Virus record (IMG/VR): IMGVR_UViG_3300042542_000678
Coordinates: 1 to 59,458 of that record
Reading direction: 5' to 3' (one strand)
DNA length: 59,458 nucleotides
From: a virus
Lineage: Duplodnaviria > Caudoviricetes
A program made the position numbers and the translations under genes. Below the pieces are notes generated by a model. It did not search any database. It saw nothing but the letters and a program-made list of their open reading frames with translations, and was not told the origin of the DNA. Each line of letters opens with the position of its first letter. Positions within the stretch are counted from its first letter, which is position 1. Shown here in pieces: positions 36,499-45,123 of this stretch.

Positions 36499-38207
36499 CA
36501 GTCTACCTAGACATAGAGACAAATCTAAAACACGACACTATTTGGTTATGTGTAACGAGGAAGGGACAAGAAACGATTCACTGGAGAACACCTGAAGGAC
36601 TACAAAGTTATTTAGACAACAGTTTAGTTGTCGCACATAATTTAATTGGCTTTGATGCTCCAATGCTTAAGAAGGTTTGGGGTGTTGGCATTCCCGCCAA
36701 CATGTTGGTAGATACATTGGTGATGTCGAGGCTTTATAAACCTGACATTGAAATGATTGTGCCTGATCAAGGTAAAGCACCCACTCCACACAGCCTTGAG
36801 GCATGGGGGTATCGCTTAGGTAGTCACAAGATAGGCTTCACTGACTTTGATGGTGGCTACACTCTAGAGATGGCTTCCTACTGTGAGCAAGATGTTCTCT
36901 TGCTAGAGAAACTGCACAACCACCTGACAGCAGCAATGGAGAGGGAAGGGTTTTCCCTACAGAGTATACAGCTTGAACATGAGGTGGCATTAATCTGCCG
37001 TGCTATGGAAGACAATGGGTTCATGCTTGATATGCCTAAAGCTATGACTCTTCATGCTCAGCTAAGTGGACGCATGATGGATATTGAAGCAGCTATGCAA
37101 CAAACTTTCCTGCCCATTGTAGAGCAGCGTATCTCAGAGAAAACAGGTAAAGTCTTGAAGGACAAGATCACTGTGTTTAATCCGGGGAGCCGTCAACAAA
37201 TTGCGGAGCGTCTTACTAGCATTGGGGTTAAGTTTACAAAGCATACAGAGAAAGGGTCTGTAATTGTAGATGAGACAGTGTTAGAAAAGATTGACCTACC
37301 CGAAGCTAAACTGGTAGCTGAATATTTAATGGTTCAAAAGAGAGTGGCTCAAGTGAGTAGCTGGTTAGAGCTAGTAGGTGATGATGGTAGGGTGCATGGT
37401 AGAGTTACCACCAATGGCGCTATCACTGGTAGAGCCACACACAGTAGCCCTAACATGGCACAGATACCAGCTGTGGGTAATCCCTATGGAGCAGAGTGCC
37501 GTGAGGTTTGGACAGTGCCTAAAGGGTATAAGCAGGTTGGGGTTGACCTATCTGGTATTGAGCTTCGCTGCTTAGGTCACTACCTGAATGATCAAGAATG
37601 GATGGATGAGTTGCTTAAAGGGGATATCCACTGGTTCAATGCACAAAGCTTTGGGCTGGTTGCAAAGGGTACAGTCAAGGATGACAAAAATCCTGAGCAT
37701 AAGAAGGCTAGGAATGTTACTAAAACTTTGACATATGGGGTGCTGTATGGAGCAGGTGCTACCAAGGCAGGTGCAATTGTTGGTGGTAACAGCAGCAAAG
37801 GTAAGAAACTTATTAATAGTTTTATTGACAACACTCCCAATCTAGCTACCTTGAAGAGCAAAATATCTAGGATGATGTCTAAGGGTCATCTTCCTGCACT
37901 GGATGGTAGGCGTGTGTGGGTTAGGTCAGAGCATGCAGCATTGAACACCCTGCTTCAAAGTGCTGGTGCTATCATAGCAAAACAATGGCTAGTGGAATCA
38001 ACAAAGCTGTTGCAAGCAAATGAAATTGATGCTAAACTGTTAGCGTTTGTTCATGATGAGACACAATGGGAAGTTAGAGAAGATCAAGCGGAGAAAGCAG
38101 CTAGACTAATAGAACAAGCAGCAGTCAAAGCAGGTGAAGCTTTAGGCTTTCGCTGTCCTGTTAATGCTGAAGGTAAGTTGGGTAACAACTGGCGTGAGTG
38201 CCATTAA
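36495..38207 (+). CDS. Family A DNA polymerase, T7-like, with 3'-5' exonuclease
   Basis: DIET, HNLIGFD, YCEQD exo motifs; DLSGIELR, K...YG..YG, VHDE polymerase motifs. Confidence 0.96.
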   Translation: MTVYLDIETNLKHDTIWLCVTRKGQETIHWRTPEGLQSYLDNSLVVAHNLIGFDAPMLKKVWGVGIPANMLVDTLVMSRLYKPDIEMIVPDQGKAPTPHSLEAWGYRLGSHKIGFTDFDGGYTLEMASYCEQDVLLLEKLHNHLTAAMEREGFSLQSIQLEHEVALICRAMEDNGFMLDMPKAMTLHAQLSGRMMDIEAAMQQTFLPIVEQRISEKTGKVLKDKITVFNPGSRQQIAERLTSIGVKFTKHTEKGSVIVDETVLEKIDLPEAKLVAEYLMVQKRVAQVSSWLELVGDDGRVHGRVTTNGAITGRATHSSPNMAQIPAVGNPYGAECREVWTVPKGYKQVGVDLSGIELRCLGHYLNDQEWMDELLKGDIHWFNAQSFGLVAKGTVKDDKNPEHKKARNVTKTLTYGVLYGAGATKAGAIVGGNSSKGKKLINSFIDNTPNLATLKSKISRMMSKGHLPALDGRRVWVRSEHAALNTLLQSAGAIIAKQWLVESTKLLQANEIDAKLLAFVHDETQWEVREDQAEKAARLIEQAAVKAGEALGFRCPVNAEGKLGNNWRECH

Positions 38208-38295
38208 GCTTGTTGTACAATAGGGTTTTCTTCTTTAGTAAAAGAAGCGGTGTGGGTGGCCTCGTTAGCGCCACTGTTTTTAAAAAGGAAATGAT

Positions 38296-38709
38296 ATGAC
38301 TGAAGAAGTTAAGGCTATCAAGATCAAGGCAGATGTGTTTTGGTGTCAGCATGACAAGATTAATGAGATGAGTGGCAAGTTCCAACTCAACCTGTGCAAT
38401 CTTTCTGACGCAGCTGTTGCTGCGTTTGAACAGATGGGCATCAGTGTGCAGATCGGTGAAGACAAGAAAGCCGACATGGGTAAATACATCACATGCAAAT
38501 CTGAGAAGCCTATTCGGGTATATGATACAGATGGTGATGAAGTTACTGGACAGATCGGTAATGGCAGCAAGTGCAAAGCGCTAGTTGGTAGTTACGATTG
38601 GACATATAAAAACAAGAAGGGTGTTAGCCCTGCACTGCGTAAGGTTGTCATTACTGACTTGGTTGAATATGCCGCTGGTGGCAACCTTGATGATGAAGAT
38701 ATTCTTTAA
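38296..38709 (+). CDS. Single-stranded DNA-binding protein (gp2.5-like)
   Basis: IGNGS motif, acidic C-terminal tail, position after polymerase. Confidence 0.7.
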   Translation: MTEEVKAIKIKADVFWCQHDKINEMSGKFQLNLCNLSDAAVAAFEQMGISVQIGEDKKADMGKYITCKSEKPIRVYDTDGDEVTGQIGNGSKCKALVGSYDWTYKNKKGVSPALRKVVITDLVEYAAGGNLDDEDIL

Positions 38710-38720
38710 TCTTCACATGT

Positions 38721-39428
38721 ATGACAACAGCACTGATCGACAGTGACATTGTTGCATATCGTATAGCATTCGCATGCCAGAATGAAAATGAAGTCACTGC
38801 TAGGCGTAGGCTTGACAGCTACTTAACAGACATTCTTGTGTGCGGTGTTGATAGCACATACCCTGCTTGCTTCGTAGATAGTTGGCAATTGTTTCTCACT
38901 GGAAAGAATAACTTCCGGTATGACATTGCAACAACAGCTGTCTACAAAGGAAATAGGATTGCCCCAAAGCCCGAACATTTGCCAGCATTACGCAAGCATA
39001 TGATAGAGGAATGGGGCGCTTGTGTTTCCGATGGTCACGAAGCTGACGATGATGTAGCTATAGCTGGCACTACAATGGGCGATGATGGCATCATGGTGTC
39101 ATTGGATAAGGACATTGATCAGGTGGCAGGGTGGCATTACAACTTCGTGAAGAAGACAGGCTACTATGTCTCTGAAGCAGAAGGCTTATTCAAACTGTAC
39201 TGTCAGATATTGACAGGAGACACAGCAGATAACATTATTGGTATCAAAGGTGTTGGTCCAGTGAAGGCTAACAAGATACTAGAAGACAGCACTGATGAGT
39301 ACGACATGTACTGTCGTTGTGTTGAAGCATATGATGGTAATGAAGATCGTGTAATTGAGAATGCTCGATTACTTTATTTACGCAGAACAAAGGACGAACC
39401 TTTATGGACCCCACCAGAGAAGACATGA
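38721..39428 (+). CDS. 5'-3' exonuclease (T7 gp6-like)
   Basis: ALIDSD, EADD, DKD, GD.ADNI.GIKGVG motifs. Confidence 0.9.
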   Translation: MTTALIDSDIVAYRIAFACQNENEVTARRRLDSYLTDILVCGVDSTYPACFVDSWQLFLTGKNNFRYDIATTAVYKGNRIAPKPEHLPALRKHMIEEWGACVSDGHEADDDVAIAGTTMGDDGIMVSLDKDIDQVAGWHYNFVKKTGYYVSEAEGLFKLYCQILTGDTADNIIGIKGVGPVKANKILEDSTDEYDMYCRCVEAYDGNEDRVIENARLLYLRRTKDEPLWTPPEKT

Positions 39429-39751
39429 AACCAAATGATGTGGCGATGATACTGCGTCCAATTATTGTAGAAGGCGAAGAATGGGATGGAGGTTTTGAAG
39501 TATTAATTGCTGGTATTGGACCTATAACAATGCCAGAAGACAGCATCCGTGAGTTGATCAGCATGGCAATGTTGGTAGCTACTACTATTCCTATGATGGA
39601 GAGTGATTCAGAGCTTACAGAAAAGATCATGATTGAGTGCGCTAAGGTGTACGGCGATGCTGATGATGTTGATATTCAAACCATGATAGACAGCACAGAG
39701 GGAGGCTCATCTTTTACAATTAATAGTAAGACTGTTGGGGGTATGCAATGA
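39425..39751 (+). CDS. Hypothetical protein
   Basis: ATG 39425 coupled to exonuclease stop. Confidence 0.6.
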   Translation: MKPNDVAMILRPIIVEGEEWDGGFEVLIAGIGPITMPEDSIRELISMAMLVATTIPMMESDSELTEKIMIECAKVYGDADDVDIQTMIDSTEGGSSFTINSKTVGGMQ

Positions 39752-40185
39752 GGAGCAATTGCAATGGTTGTTTTTATCTAGACCAAGAGAGAGAACAGGA
39801 GCCTTGCTACACCTGTCATAGCTATTGCAACTGGGTTGCCAAAGACTTTTTAGCTAGCGTTCCTGATACACCTGTTACACTGAAGTCGGGCGTTAAATTT
39901 GATCAGGACAAGCCTCAGTGGACACTAGTACCCTTCAAAGCATTGGACGAAGTGGTGGAGGTGCTAACCATTGGTGCAAGGAAGTATGCTCCTGACAACT
40001 GGAAGAAAGTTCCTAACGCACGGCAGCGCTACATTGATGCAGCGTTCCGTCACATGTCAGCCTACGCTGCTGGTGAAAAGCTTGATGTTGAGACAGGTAA
40101 GAATCATTTGGCACATGCTATGTGCTGCTTGTTGTTCTTGCTAGCGTTTGATCTTGATAAAACTTTGGAGAAAACTAATGGCTAA
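39748..40185 (+). CDS. DUF5664-like dATP/dGTP diphosphohydrolase domain protein
   Basis: GVKFDQDK, GARKYAPDNW, A.RH, D.ETG..HLAHA motifs. Confidence 0.75.
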   Translation: MRSNCNGCFYLDQEREQEPCYTCHSYCNWVAKDFLASVPDTPVTLKSGVKFDQDKPQWTLVPFKALDEVVEVLTIGARKYAPDNWKKVPNARQRYIDAAFRHMSAYAAGEKLDVETGKNHLAHAMCCLLFLLAFDLDKTLEKTNG

Positions 40186-40351
40186 GGTTACTGTCACTGT
40201 TGAGTTTCATGTAGATGTAGACGATCTTGGCGCTGCTTATAGCAATGAAGATTATCTCATTGAAGAAATCAAAGATCAGATATCATATGGGTTGTACAGG
40301 TTTGATGCTCAAGAGATTGTCTTCACTCGTGTTGATATTGAAGGACTATAA
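40178..40351 (+). CDS. Hypothetical protein
   Basis: ATG 40178 after GGAG. Confidence 0.55.
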   Translation: MAKVTVTVEFHVDVDDLGAAYSNEDYLIEEIKDQISYGLYRFDAQEIVFTRVDIEGL

Positions 40352-40551
40352 TGGATAGTATTGTTATTCGATTAGCAGCTAATGGTTTTATCGTTAGTTA
40401 CATGGGTGATGAGGATAATGGTTTTTGTCAGCAAGACTACATTGCGTATGACATTACAGAAGTTTGTAGCATTGTTCGTGACATCTTACGGGCAGAGACA
40501 TACAATGTTGACATGTCCAATGTGGTAACAGACACTGTGCCAGATGCATAA
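40351..40551 (+). CDS. Hypothetical protein
   Basis: AANGFIV motif, coupled. Confidence 0.6.
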   Translation: MDSIVIRLAANGFIVSYMGDEDNGFCQQDYIAYDITEVCSIVRDILRAETYNVDMSNVVTDTVPDA

Positions 40552-40912
40552 CTCTGGTGAATGGACTGACGCGAGGTTCCGAAGCTTCATCACTTCGGCG
40601 CTTCGTGCTGCGTCCAGACGCTGGCCTCCTAAGTACAAGTCTTTGAAAGAAGCCTTTGTCGGTAAGAAAGTTAATGCAAAAACTGGTAAGATTGCAATGC
40701 ACTACAAGTGCGTTACCTGTGACGGCATCTTTGTTGCTGCTGATGTACAGGTAGACCACATCGATCCTGTTGTAGACCCAAGGAAGGGCTTCATTAGTTG
40801 GGATGTGTACATCACTAGGATGTTCTGTGAGATAGAAGGACTTCAGGTGATGTGTAGGCCATGTCATAAAGAGAAAACTACACAAGAGAAACTTGAAAGG
40901 AAAACGAAATGA
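40544..40912 (+). CDS. HNH-family endonuclease
   Basis: CxxC...VDHI.P...LQV.CxxCH..KT. Confidence 0.8.
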   Translation: MHNSGEWTDARFRSFITSALRAASRRWPPKYKSLKEAFVGKKVNAKTGKIAMHYKCVTCDGIFVAADVQVDHIDPVVDPRKGFISWDVYITRMFCEIEGLQVMCRPCHKEKTTQEKLERKTK

Positions 40913-41115
40913 AAATTACAGTTGAATCTATTAAAGAGAATGAAGACGGGTCTGCTGATTGCAACATCTATCTTGATGAAGATGCTAAAGAATTTTTAAT
41001 TCGGTATGCCATCATTGCCTGTCTAACAGAGGCTGTTGAAAATGGTAGGAAAGCAACCCCTCCTGTTGCAGAAACAACACAGGATGAGAATAAAGAAAGC
41101 AAGGCAGATGAGTAG
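40909..41115 (+). CDS. Hypothetical protein
   Basis: ENEDGSA motif. Confidence 0.65.
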   Translation: MKITVESIKENEDGSADCNIYLDEDAKEFLIRYAIIACLTEAVENGRKATPPVAETTQDENKESKADE

Positions 41116-41141
41116 GGTATAACTGTCTTCCATCTTTTATC

Positions 41142-41161
41142 GGGGCTTCGGCCCCTTTTTC
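41142..41161 (+). terminator. Intrinsic terminator before nrdA
   Basis: GGGGC-TTCG-GCCCC followed by T run. Confidence 0.8.
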
Positions 41162-41179
41162 ACCTGCCTGAATAGCATT

Positions 41180-42985
41180 ATGAATAGGAACATGAATAGC
41201 ATTATGAATAAATACCCAGTGGTATTGGACATTTCTAGAGACTCTTTATTTGATGAACTTGGACTTCAAAGGCTTAAAGAAAGCTACATGCGCGAGGATG
41301 AGACTAGCCCACAGGAGCGCTTTGCTGCTGTATCGTCAGCGTTTGCAACAAATGCTGCACATGCTCAGAGGCTTTATGAATACAGTAGTAAGCACTGGCT
41401 TAGTTATTCTACACCTATCTTATCTTTCGGTAGGTCTAAGCGTGGTCTGCCTATCAGTTGCTTTCTTAACTATATTGATGATAGTGCAGAGGGTCTTGTT
41501 GATAATCTATCTGAAACTAACTGGCTTTCGATGTTAGGTGGTGGTGTCGGTATCCACATGGGTATCCGCAACAGCGATGACAAGTCTGCTGGCATCATGC
41601 CTCACTTGAAAATCTATGACGCTAGTTCATTGGCCTACAAGCAGGGTAGCACACGCCGTGGTAGCTATGCTGCCTACCTGAACATCAATCATCCAGACAT
41701 CATTGCCTTCCTTGAGATGCGTAAGCCAACAGGTGATCAGAACCTACGCACATTGAACCTGCATCATGGTGTCAATCTGTCTGACAAGTTCATGTCCCTC
41801 ATTGATGAGTGCATGAAAGACCCTGATGCTGACGATGCCTTTGAGCTAGTCAATCCATCTAATCAACAGGTTGTTGAGGTGGTGTCTGCTAAGTATCTGT
41901 GGCAAAAGATACTTGATCTTCGCATGCAAACTGGTGAACCCTATCTTGTCTTCATTGATACAGCCAATGCTGCTGTGCCACAATGGCTCAAGGACAAAGG
42001 ACTCACCATCAATGGCAGCAATCTATGCACTGAAATCTTCTTGCCAACAAGTGAGAAGCGCACGGCTGTATGCTGCTTGTCCTCTTTGAATCTTGAATAC
42101 TACGATGATTGGAAGAACAATGAATATTTTATCAACGATGTTATGGAAATGCTGGACAATGTACTTCAGTATTTTATCGACAATGCTCCTACCCACATTA
42201 GTCGCGCTAAAGTCAGTGCCACTATGGAGCGTAGTGTCGGGTTGGGCGCGTTAGGCTTTCATGCCTATCTGCAAAAGAAACGCATTAGCTTCAATGGTGT
42301 GCTGGCAAAGAGTATCAACATTGAAATGTTTAAGCACATTCACAAACAATGTCTCAAAGCAGATGAGCTTTTGGTTGAGCTTCGTGGTCCATGTCCTGAC
42401 TCTATGTTCTCTGAGAAGCCTCGCCGCTTCAGCCATCACATGGCAGTAGCACCTAACGCTAGCAGCAGCCTCATCATGGGCAATACATCCCCATCAATCG
42501 AGCCTTATCGCGCTAATGTATACCGTCAGGATACATTAAGTGGCGCATTCGTTCACAAGAACAGGTTCCTTGTTAAAGAGCTTGAGGCGCTTGGAATGAA
42601 TGACGATGACACATGGGCATCAATCATTGGCAATGACGGCTCTGTGCAGCATCTAGACATCCCTGACATCATCAAGGGAGTGTTCCAGACAGCGATGGAG
42701 ATTGACCAGCGATGGATTATTGAGCATGCTGCTGACCGCCAGAAGTACATTGATCAGGGTCAGAGTGTGAATCTTTTCTTTCCAGCAACTGTGAGTATCA
42801 AGTATTTGCACAGCGTCCACTTTATGGCATGGAAGAATGGACTAAAGAGCTTATACTATCTGCGTAGTGAGAAGGTCAAGAAGGCTGACAAGGTTGGCTC
42901 ACAGATTAAACGACAGCGCATTGAAGATGATATTGATTTAAAACAAATTGCAGATGGTGACACCTGCTTAGCTTGCGAAGGATGA
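41180..42985 (+). CDS. nrdA: Ribonucleotide reductase class Ia alpha subunit (start may be 41192 or 41204)
   Basis: PISCF, SNLCTEI, APNASS, SLYYLR, C-terminal CLACEG. Confidence 0.95.
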   Translation: MNRNMNSIMNKYPVVLDISRDSLFDELGLQRLKESYMREDETSPQERFAAVSSAFATNAAHAQRLYEYSSKHWLSYSTPILSFGRSKRGLPISCFLNYIDDSAEGLVDNLSETNWLSMLGGGVGIHMGIRNSDDKSAGIMPHLKIYDASSLAYKQGSTRRGSYAAYLNINHPDIIAFLEMRKPTGDQNLRTLNLHHGVNLSDKFMSLIDECMKDPDADDAFELVNPSNQQVVEVVSAKYLWQKILDLRMQTGEPYLVFIDTANAAVPQWLKDKGLTINGSNLCTEIFLPTSEKRTAVCCLSSLNLEYYDDWKNNEYFINDVMEMLDNVLQYFIDNAPTHISRAKVSATMERSVGLGALGFHAYLQKKRISFNGVLAKSINIEMFKHIHKQCLKADELLVELRGPCPDSMFSEKPRRFSHHMAVAPNASSSLIMGNTSPSIEPYRANVYRQDTLSGAFVHKNRFLVKELEALGMNDDDTWASIIGNDGSVQHLDIPDIIKGVFQTAMEIDQRWIIEHAADRQKYIDQGQSVNLFFPATVSIKYLHSVHFMAWKNGLKSLYYLRSEKVKKADKVGSQIKRQRIEDDIDLKQIADGDTCLACEG

Positions 42986-42986
42986 T

Positions 42987-43943
42987 ATGAATAAAGTTGG
43001 CGATATTACCGAAGAGCGTATTACATTTAAACCATTCAAGTATCCGTGGGCATACGATGCTTGGCTGCAACATGAGCAGAGCCACTGGCTGCACACTGAA
43101 GTGCCAATGTCTGAGGATGTTAAAGACTACAAGAAGCTAACGAAAGAGGAGCAGGAGTTTCTGACAAAGATACTTCGCTTCTTTGTGCAAGGTGACTTGG
43201 ATATTGGTAGTGGTTATCATGACCATTACATCCCTGTGTTCAAGCAGCCAGAGGTGAAGATGATGCTGTCAGGCTTTGCCTCACGCGAAGCTTTGCATGT
43301 GGCAGCATACGCTCACTTGATTGAAACACTTGGCTTGCCTGAGTCTACATACAATGAGTTCTTGCAGCACAAAGAAATGGTGGAGAAGCATGACTATGTG
43401 CAGGGGCTGGACGATGCACCAATGGCTGCAAAGATTGCCACCATCAGCGCATTCGGTGAAGGTATGCAGCTATTCTCCAGCTTCGTTATGTTGCTAAACT
43501 TCGCAAGAAATGGTAAGCTAAAGGGGTTGGGTCAGATCATTGCATGGTCTATTGTTGATGAAACACAGCATGCTGAAGGCATGATAAAGGTATATCGTGA
43601 ATATGTTAAACACCACAAAGATGAAACTACACCTGAGCAAATTAAAGCTATCGCTGAAGAAATGGTTCAGATCGAAGACGCTTTCATTGATCTTGCTTTT
43701 GGAATGCTTGATGTCGAAAGGCTTACCAAAGAAGAAGTGAAGAAATATATCCGCTACATTGCAGACAGACGGCTGATATCTATGGGGATGAAGGGCATCT
43801 ACAAGATCAAGAAGAATCCTCTGCCGTGGGTTGATGGTATGCTTGGTACATCACACACCAACTTCTTTGAGCAGCGTGTCACAGACTACAGCAAGGGTGC
43901 TACCACTGGCACATGGGATGATGTATGGGGGAAAGCAGCATGA
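42987..43943 (+). CDS. nrdB: Ribonucleotide reductase class I beta subunit
   Basis: EALH..AY (radical Tyr), EG, DETQH di-iron ligands, NFFE. Confidence 0.95.
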   Translation: MNKVGDITEERITFKPFKYPWAYDAWLQHEQSHWLHTEVPMSEDVKDYKKLTKEEQEFLTKILRFFVQGDLDIGSGYHDHYIPVFKQPEVKMMLSGFASREALHVAAYAHLIETLGLPESTYNEFLQHKEMVEKHDYVQGLDDAPMAAKIATISAFGEGMQLFSSFVMLLNFARNGKLKGLGQIIAWSIVDETQHAEGMIKVYREYVKHHKDETTPEQIKAIAEEMVQIEDAFIDLAFGMLDVERLTKEEVKKYIRYIADRRLISMGMKGIYKIKKNPLPWVDGMLGTSHTNFFEQRVTDYSKGATTGTWDDVWGKAA

Positions 43944-44140
43944 ACGATGATGAACGACTTAAGAAAATAGTAGCGGAGTTCTTTACAAACTACTTAGACT
44001 ACACTGAGGATAGCGATAGCGGTGTAATGTTTAACCCTATTTACATCTCATGTTGCAGGGCATTAAAGCTTGAGCCGCTAGAGAAACTTCTTATTGAAAT
44101 GAAGACACTTGCTGGTGTTAGCAACAAAGGGCAAGAATGA
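43940..44140 (+). CDS. Hypothetical protein
   Basis: YTEDSDSGVMFNP..ISCCR. Confidence 0.6.
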   Translation: MNDDERLKKIVAEFFTNYLDYTEDSDSGVMFNPIYISCCRALKLEPLEKLLIEMKTLAGVSNKGQE

Positions 44141-44613
44141 TTGAGGTAGCTGTTAGTGCGGCTATGCTTGTCGAAGCAAGAGATAAAGCAGCAGAGATGG
44201 GCAGGTTGTACAACAGTATTATCAGGGGTGCTGGCAACATTGCTGGATTCATTGGTGAAGACATAGCTCGACAAGTGTTAGGTGGAGAACTAAACAACAC
44301 CTATGACTATGATCTTGTGTTACCATGTGGCAAGACTATTGATGTAAAGACAAAGCAGACCAGTGTTAAGCCTCTTGAAACCTATGAGTGTTCTATTGCT
44401 GCACTTAATACAACCCAAGAGTGCGACTACTACTGCTTTGTTCGCGTCAAGAATGACTTCACTGTAGGCTGGTATCTTGGTGTGTATGACAAGAAACAAT
44501 ACATGCTTGATTCAGTCTTTATGAAGAAAGGAACTGTTGACGCTAGCAATGGTTATACAGTAAAATCTGATTGTTACAATCTTAAAATCTCTAGCTTGAA
44601 AGACATGATATGA
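44137..44613 (+). CDS. Putative PD-(D/E)xK nuclease-fold protein
   Basis: GE...YDYD...IDVKTK motif. Confidence 0.6.
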   Translation: MIEVAVSAAMLVEARDKAAEMGRLYNSIIRGAGNIAGFIGEDIARQVLGGELNNTYDYDLVLPCGKTIDVKTKQTSVKPLETYECSIAALNTTQECDYYCFVRVKNDFTVGWYLGVYDKKQYMLDSVFMKKGTVDASNGYTVKSDCYNLKISSLKDMI

Positions 44614-44903
44614 ATCACCCTAACAATTTACCAGAAAAGAAAACAGTAGTTGATATGACCAGCTTGTCAGCAAGGATTAAGGAGGTTGTGTACACAACTG
44701 TGCCAAACAGCACCCTTACCCTGTGTCTGTTGTACATGAAGAACGGATATGTTGTTCTTGGTAAGAGCGCATGCGTTGATGCTTCTAAGTTTAATACTGC
44801 TGTTGGCGAGAAGTATGCGTATGAGGATGCGCTTAATAATCTGTGGCCTCTTGAGGGCTATCTGATGGCAGAACGACTGATGGAGAGTAAAGATGCAGAT
44901 TAA
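44610..44903 (+). CDS. N4 Gp49 / Sf6 gp66 family protein
   Basis: T.C.L..KNG..V.G.SACVD...F....G...A...A...LW.LEGY. Confidence 0.8.
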   Translation: MNHPNNLPEKKTVVDMTSLSARIKEVVYTTVPNSTLTLCLLYMKNGYVVLGKSACVDASKFNTAVGEKYAYEDALNNLWPLEGYLMAERLMESKDAD

Positions 44904-45090
44904 GGCAGAACGATTTCCACCACTGCGTATCCAAGCAGAGCAAGGCTACAAAGCTTTCTACAAAGGATGGATGGTCAACAGCTACAATCCTGATACCATT
45001 GCTGGTAAGGAGTGGCAGCGAGGCTTTGACTATGCTTACTTTGAAAACATCCACTATCTAACAAACCCGAAGCCAGCACAACAGCACTAA
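44893..45090 (+). CDS. Hypothetical protein, last gene of the + arm
   Basis: EW.RG.D.AYF motif. Confidence 0.65.
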   Translation: MQIKAERFPPLRIQAEQGYKAFYKGWMVNSYNPDTIAGKEWQRGFDYAYFENIHYLTNPKPAQQH

Positions 45091-45120
45091 AAAGAAAGCC
45101 AGCAACTAAGCTGGCTTTTT
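45089..45120. terminator. Bidirectional intrinsic terminator between the convergent arms
   Basis: A-run, AAAGCCAGC-AACTAA-GCTGGCTTT, T-run between stop codons at 45090 and 45124. Confidence 0.85.
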
Positions 45121-45123
45121 CAT

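Noticed and set aside
39748-40185. 2-aminoadenine (Z) genome pathway
   Set aside because: A DUF5664-like gene is present but no PurZ-like ORF was seen
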